Assembly: GCA_963748815.1 (NCBI GenBank)
Contig: CAVVKJ010000010.1
Span: 608,001 to 672,000 of the forward strand
Source: an uncultured Gemmatimonadales bacterium
GTDB lineage: Bacteria; Gemmatimonadota; Gemmatimonadetes; Gemmatimonadales; GWC2-71-9
Length of the DNA stretch: 64,000 nucleotides
Direction: 5' to 3'
Of this stretch, positions 62,266 through 64,000 are shown in pieces (within the stretch, counting starts at the first letter, position 1; every line of letters starts with the position of its first letter). The notes beneath the pieces are model-generated. The model worked only from the letters and a program-made list of their open reading frames with translations. It was not told the DNA's origin and did no database searches. The translations under genes were made by a program, and so were the position numbers.

Positions 62266-62880
62266 CTAGCGGCGCCCCATGAACGACAGGCCGACGCTGA
62301 GGTACTGGTACGACCCCGACTCGCCGCCGATGTACTTGCCGGCGTTGGCGGGATAGTTGTACTTGCCGAAGACGGCGATCTCGGTCTGCGATCCCTTGTT
62401 CAGGATGAACCCGAGTTCCGGGGCGAACCCCATGATCCAGTTGCTGGTCTCGACCGTGCCCGGGCCGATGTCCATCAGCTGCTTCATGTAGTACACACCG
62501 AGCCCGAGGCCGATGTAGGTCTGGACCCGGCCGCCCGCCTTGCTGTAGAGGTGCCCGGTCACCAGCAGCGGGAAGACGTTCATCGAGCGATACTGCTCGC
62601 CCGAGACGGTGCCGCCGGGAAAGTAGATCGCGTCGGTGGTGCTCTCGTAGAACGCGGTGTAGCCCAGCGAGACGCCGACGGTCACGTTCGGGTTGATGAA
62701 GCGGCGGCCCTCGACCGAGACGCCGATCCAGCTGTCGTTGCCGATGAAGTTCTCGGAGAGGTCGCCGGCGGGATTGGCCCAGGAGTAGGTCAGGCCGCCG
62801 AGGACCTGCGCGGAGGCGGGCGCGACCCCGGCCAGGCCGAGGGCGATGACGAGCATCGCGGCGCGGAGACGGGGGGTCAT
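62266..62880 (-). CDS. OmpW/OmpA-like outer-membrane beta-barrel
   Basis: Signal peptide; alternating beta strands; YIGLGLG motif. Confidence 0.75.
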   Translation of the reverse strand: MTPRLRAAMLVIALGLAGVAPASAQVLGGLTYSWANPAGDLSENFIGNDSWIGVSVEGRRFINPNVTVGVSLGYTAFYESTTDAIYFPGGTVSGEQYRSMNVFPLLVTGHLYSKAGGRVQTYIGLGLGVYYMKQLMDIGPGTVETSNWIMGFAPELGFILNKGSQTEIAVFGKYNYPANAGKYIGGESGSYQYLSVGLSFMGRR

Positions 62881-63512
62881 GGGTTCACCCGGAAGATGTA
62901 GAGGGATTGGGCGAAGGCCTGGTCGATGCCGTCGATGATGTCGTTGGCGAGCGCCGAGCCGGAACTCCCGGACACCACGCCGTTGATGCCGGCGAGCCAC
63001 ATCACCGGCGGCCGCGTCACGACGGGCGGAACGCCGCCGGTGAGGTCGGCCATCGGGATCAGGATGGTGCCGGTGCTGTAGGTGTACCCCACGACGTCGG
63101 TCGGATAGTCCGGAATCCAGCCGCTGCAGACCCAGGGATACCAGTCCTCCCAGACCGCGCACCAGTCCTCGATGGAAATGTCGTAGTTGTCCTTGAGGGT
63201 CACGACCGGGTTGAGCGAGAGGTCGGCCGTGGCGGGATCCATGACCCGGGTGTACCCGCGGACCGTCATATTCGCGGCGGTGCGGGCGACAATCAGGCTG
63301 TCGTAGACGTGGCTGATGTTGTCGGTGCCGCCGAGATGGACAACGGTGTCCGGCATGTAGAAGGTGACAGCCGAGTCGAAGGCAAACAGGGTGTCATAAA
63401 TGGTGGTGACCGACGCGTAGACGTTCGGCTGGCTGGCACGTTCGGGATAACAGGCGGCGAGCCCTGCCCCGACCGCCATCACAAGCCCGGTCGCCCGCAA
63501 GAACTTGCGCAT
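62877..63512 (-). CDS. DUF4136-like lipoprotein
   Basis: Lipobox LAACYP; YSTGTILI.M.D and GIDQAFAQS motifs. Confidence 0.75.
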   Translation of the reverse strand: MRKFLRATGLVMAVGAGLAACYPERASQPNVYASVTTIYDTLFAFDSAVTFYMPDTVVHLGGTDNISHVYDSLIVARTAANMTVRGYTRVMDPATADLSLNPVVTLKDNYDISIEDWCAVWEDWYPWVCSGWIPDYPTDVVGYTYSTGTILIPMADLTGGVPPVVTRPPVMWLAGINGVVSGSSGSALANDIIDGIDQAFAQSLYIFRVNP

Positions 63513-63638
63513 CAATGGCTCCGTAAGTGGTGGAAGGTGACCGAAAGATACCCATATGACGCCGGGGGAACCACCCGGCGCACACCGCGCACTCGGGGTT
63601 GCGTAAACCCTTCCCCGGTGGCAGTTTCCTCGCGCGTT

Positions 63639-63730
63639 GGAGCGGTGGCCGAGTGGCTGAAGGCATCGGTTTGCTAAACCGACATAGGGGTCTAAAGCTT
63701 CTATCGGGGGTTCGAATCCCCCCCGCTCCG
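63639..63730 (+). tRNA. tRNA-Ser(GCT)
   Basis: Acceptor GGAGCGG/CCGCTCC; anticodon arm TCGGT-TTGCTAA-ACCGA; long variable arm. Confidence 0.95.
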
Positions 63731-63818
63731 TGCAGCACGAAACGAGGACTGGGGACTGAGGACTGAGGGCATCCCCCTCGCCGATCTCAGTCGCCAGTCC
63801 TCCGTCCTTTTCTGGTGA

Positions 63819-64000
<182 letters not shown>

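Overview
High-GC bacterial chromosome segment; the gene content suggests Gemmatimonadota (inference). Most of it is housekeeping and envelope genes: tilS, msrA, cysK, mltF, ftsB, eno, thiL, nnr, glyA, rpiB, Leu dehydrogenase, hbd, bioY, thiolase, thrS, valS, selA, gmhB, purN, purH, gltX and three tRNAs, plus two tandem trios of secreted or outer-membrane paralogues. The main accessory feature is a visibly lower-GC ~6.3 kb element integrated in tRNA-Met(CAT), bounded by a 45-bp direct repeat (28826-28870 and 35190-35234). It encodes a tyrosine integrase with non-canonical active-site residues, an excisionase, an HTH regulator with a tiny, very acidic partner protein, a rolling-circle HUH Rep preceded by a hairpin plus CTTGATA nick motif, and an EcoRI-family type II restriction-modification pair that probably targets RAATTY. 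No relaxase, conjugation or capsid genes were seen. Frameshifts in essential genes (tilS, thrS, valS) and a 54-bp duplication in hbd suggest an error-prone assembly. All family calls come from motif recognition by eye; no database searches were run.
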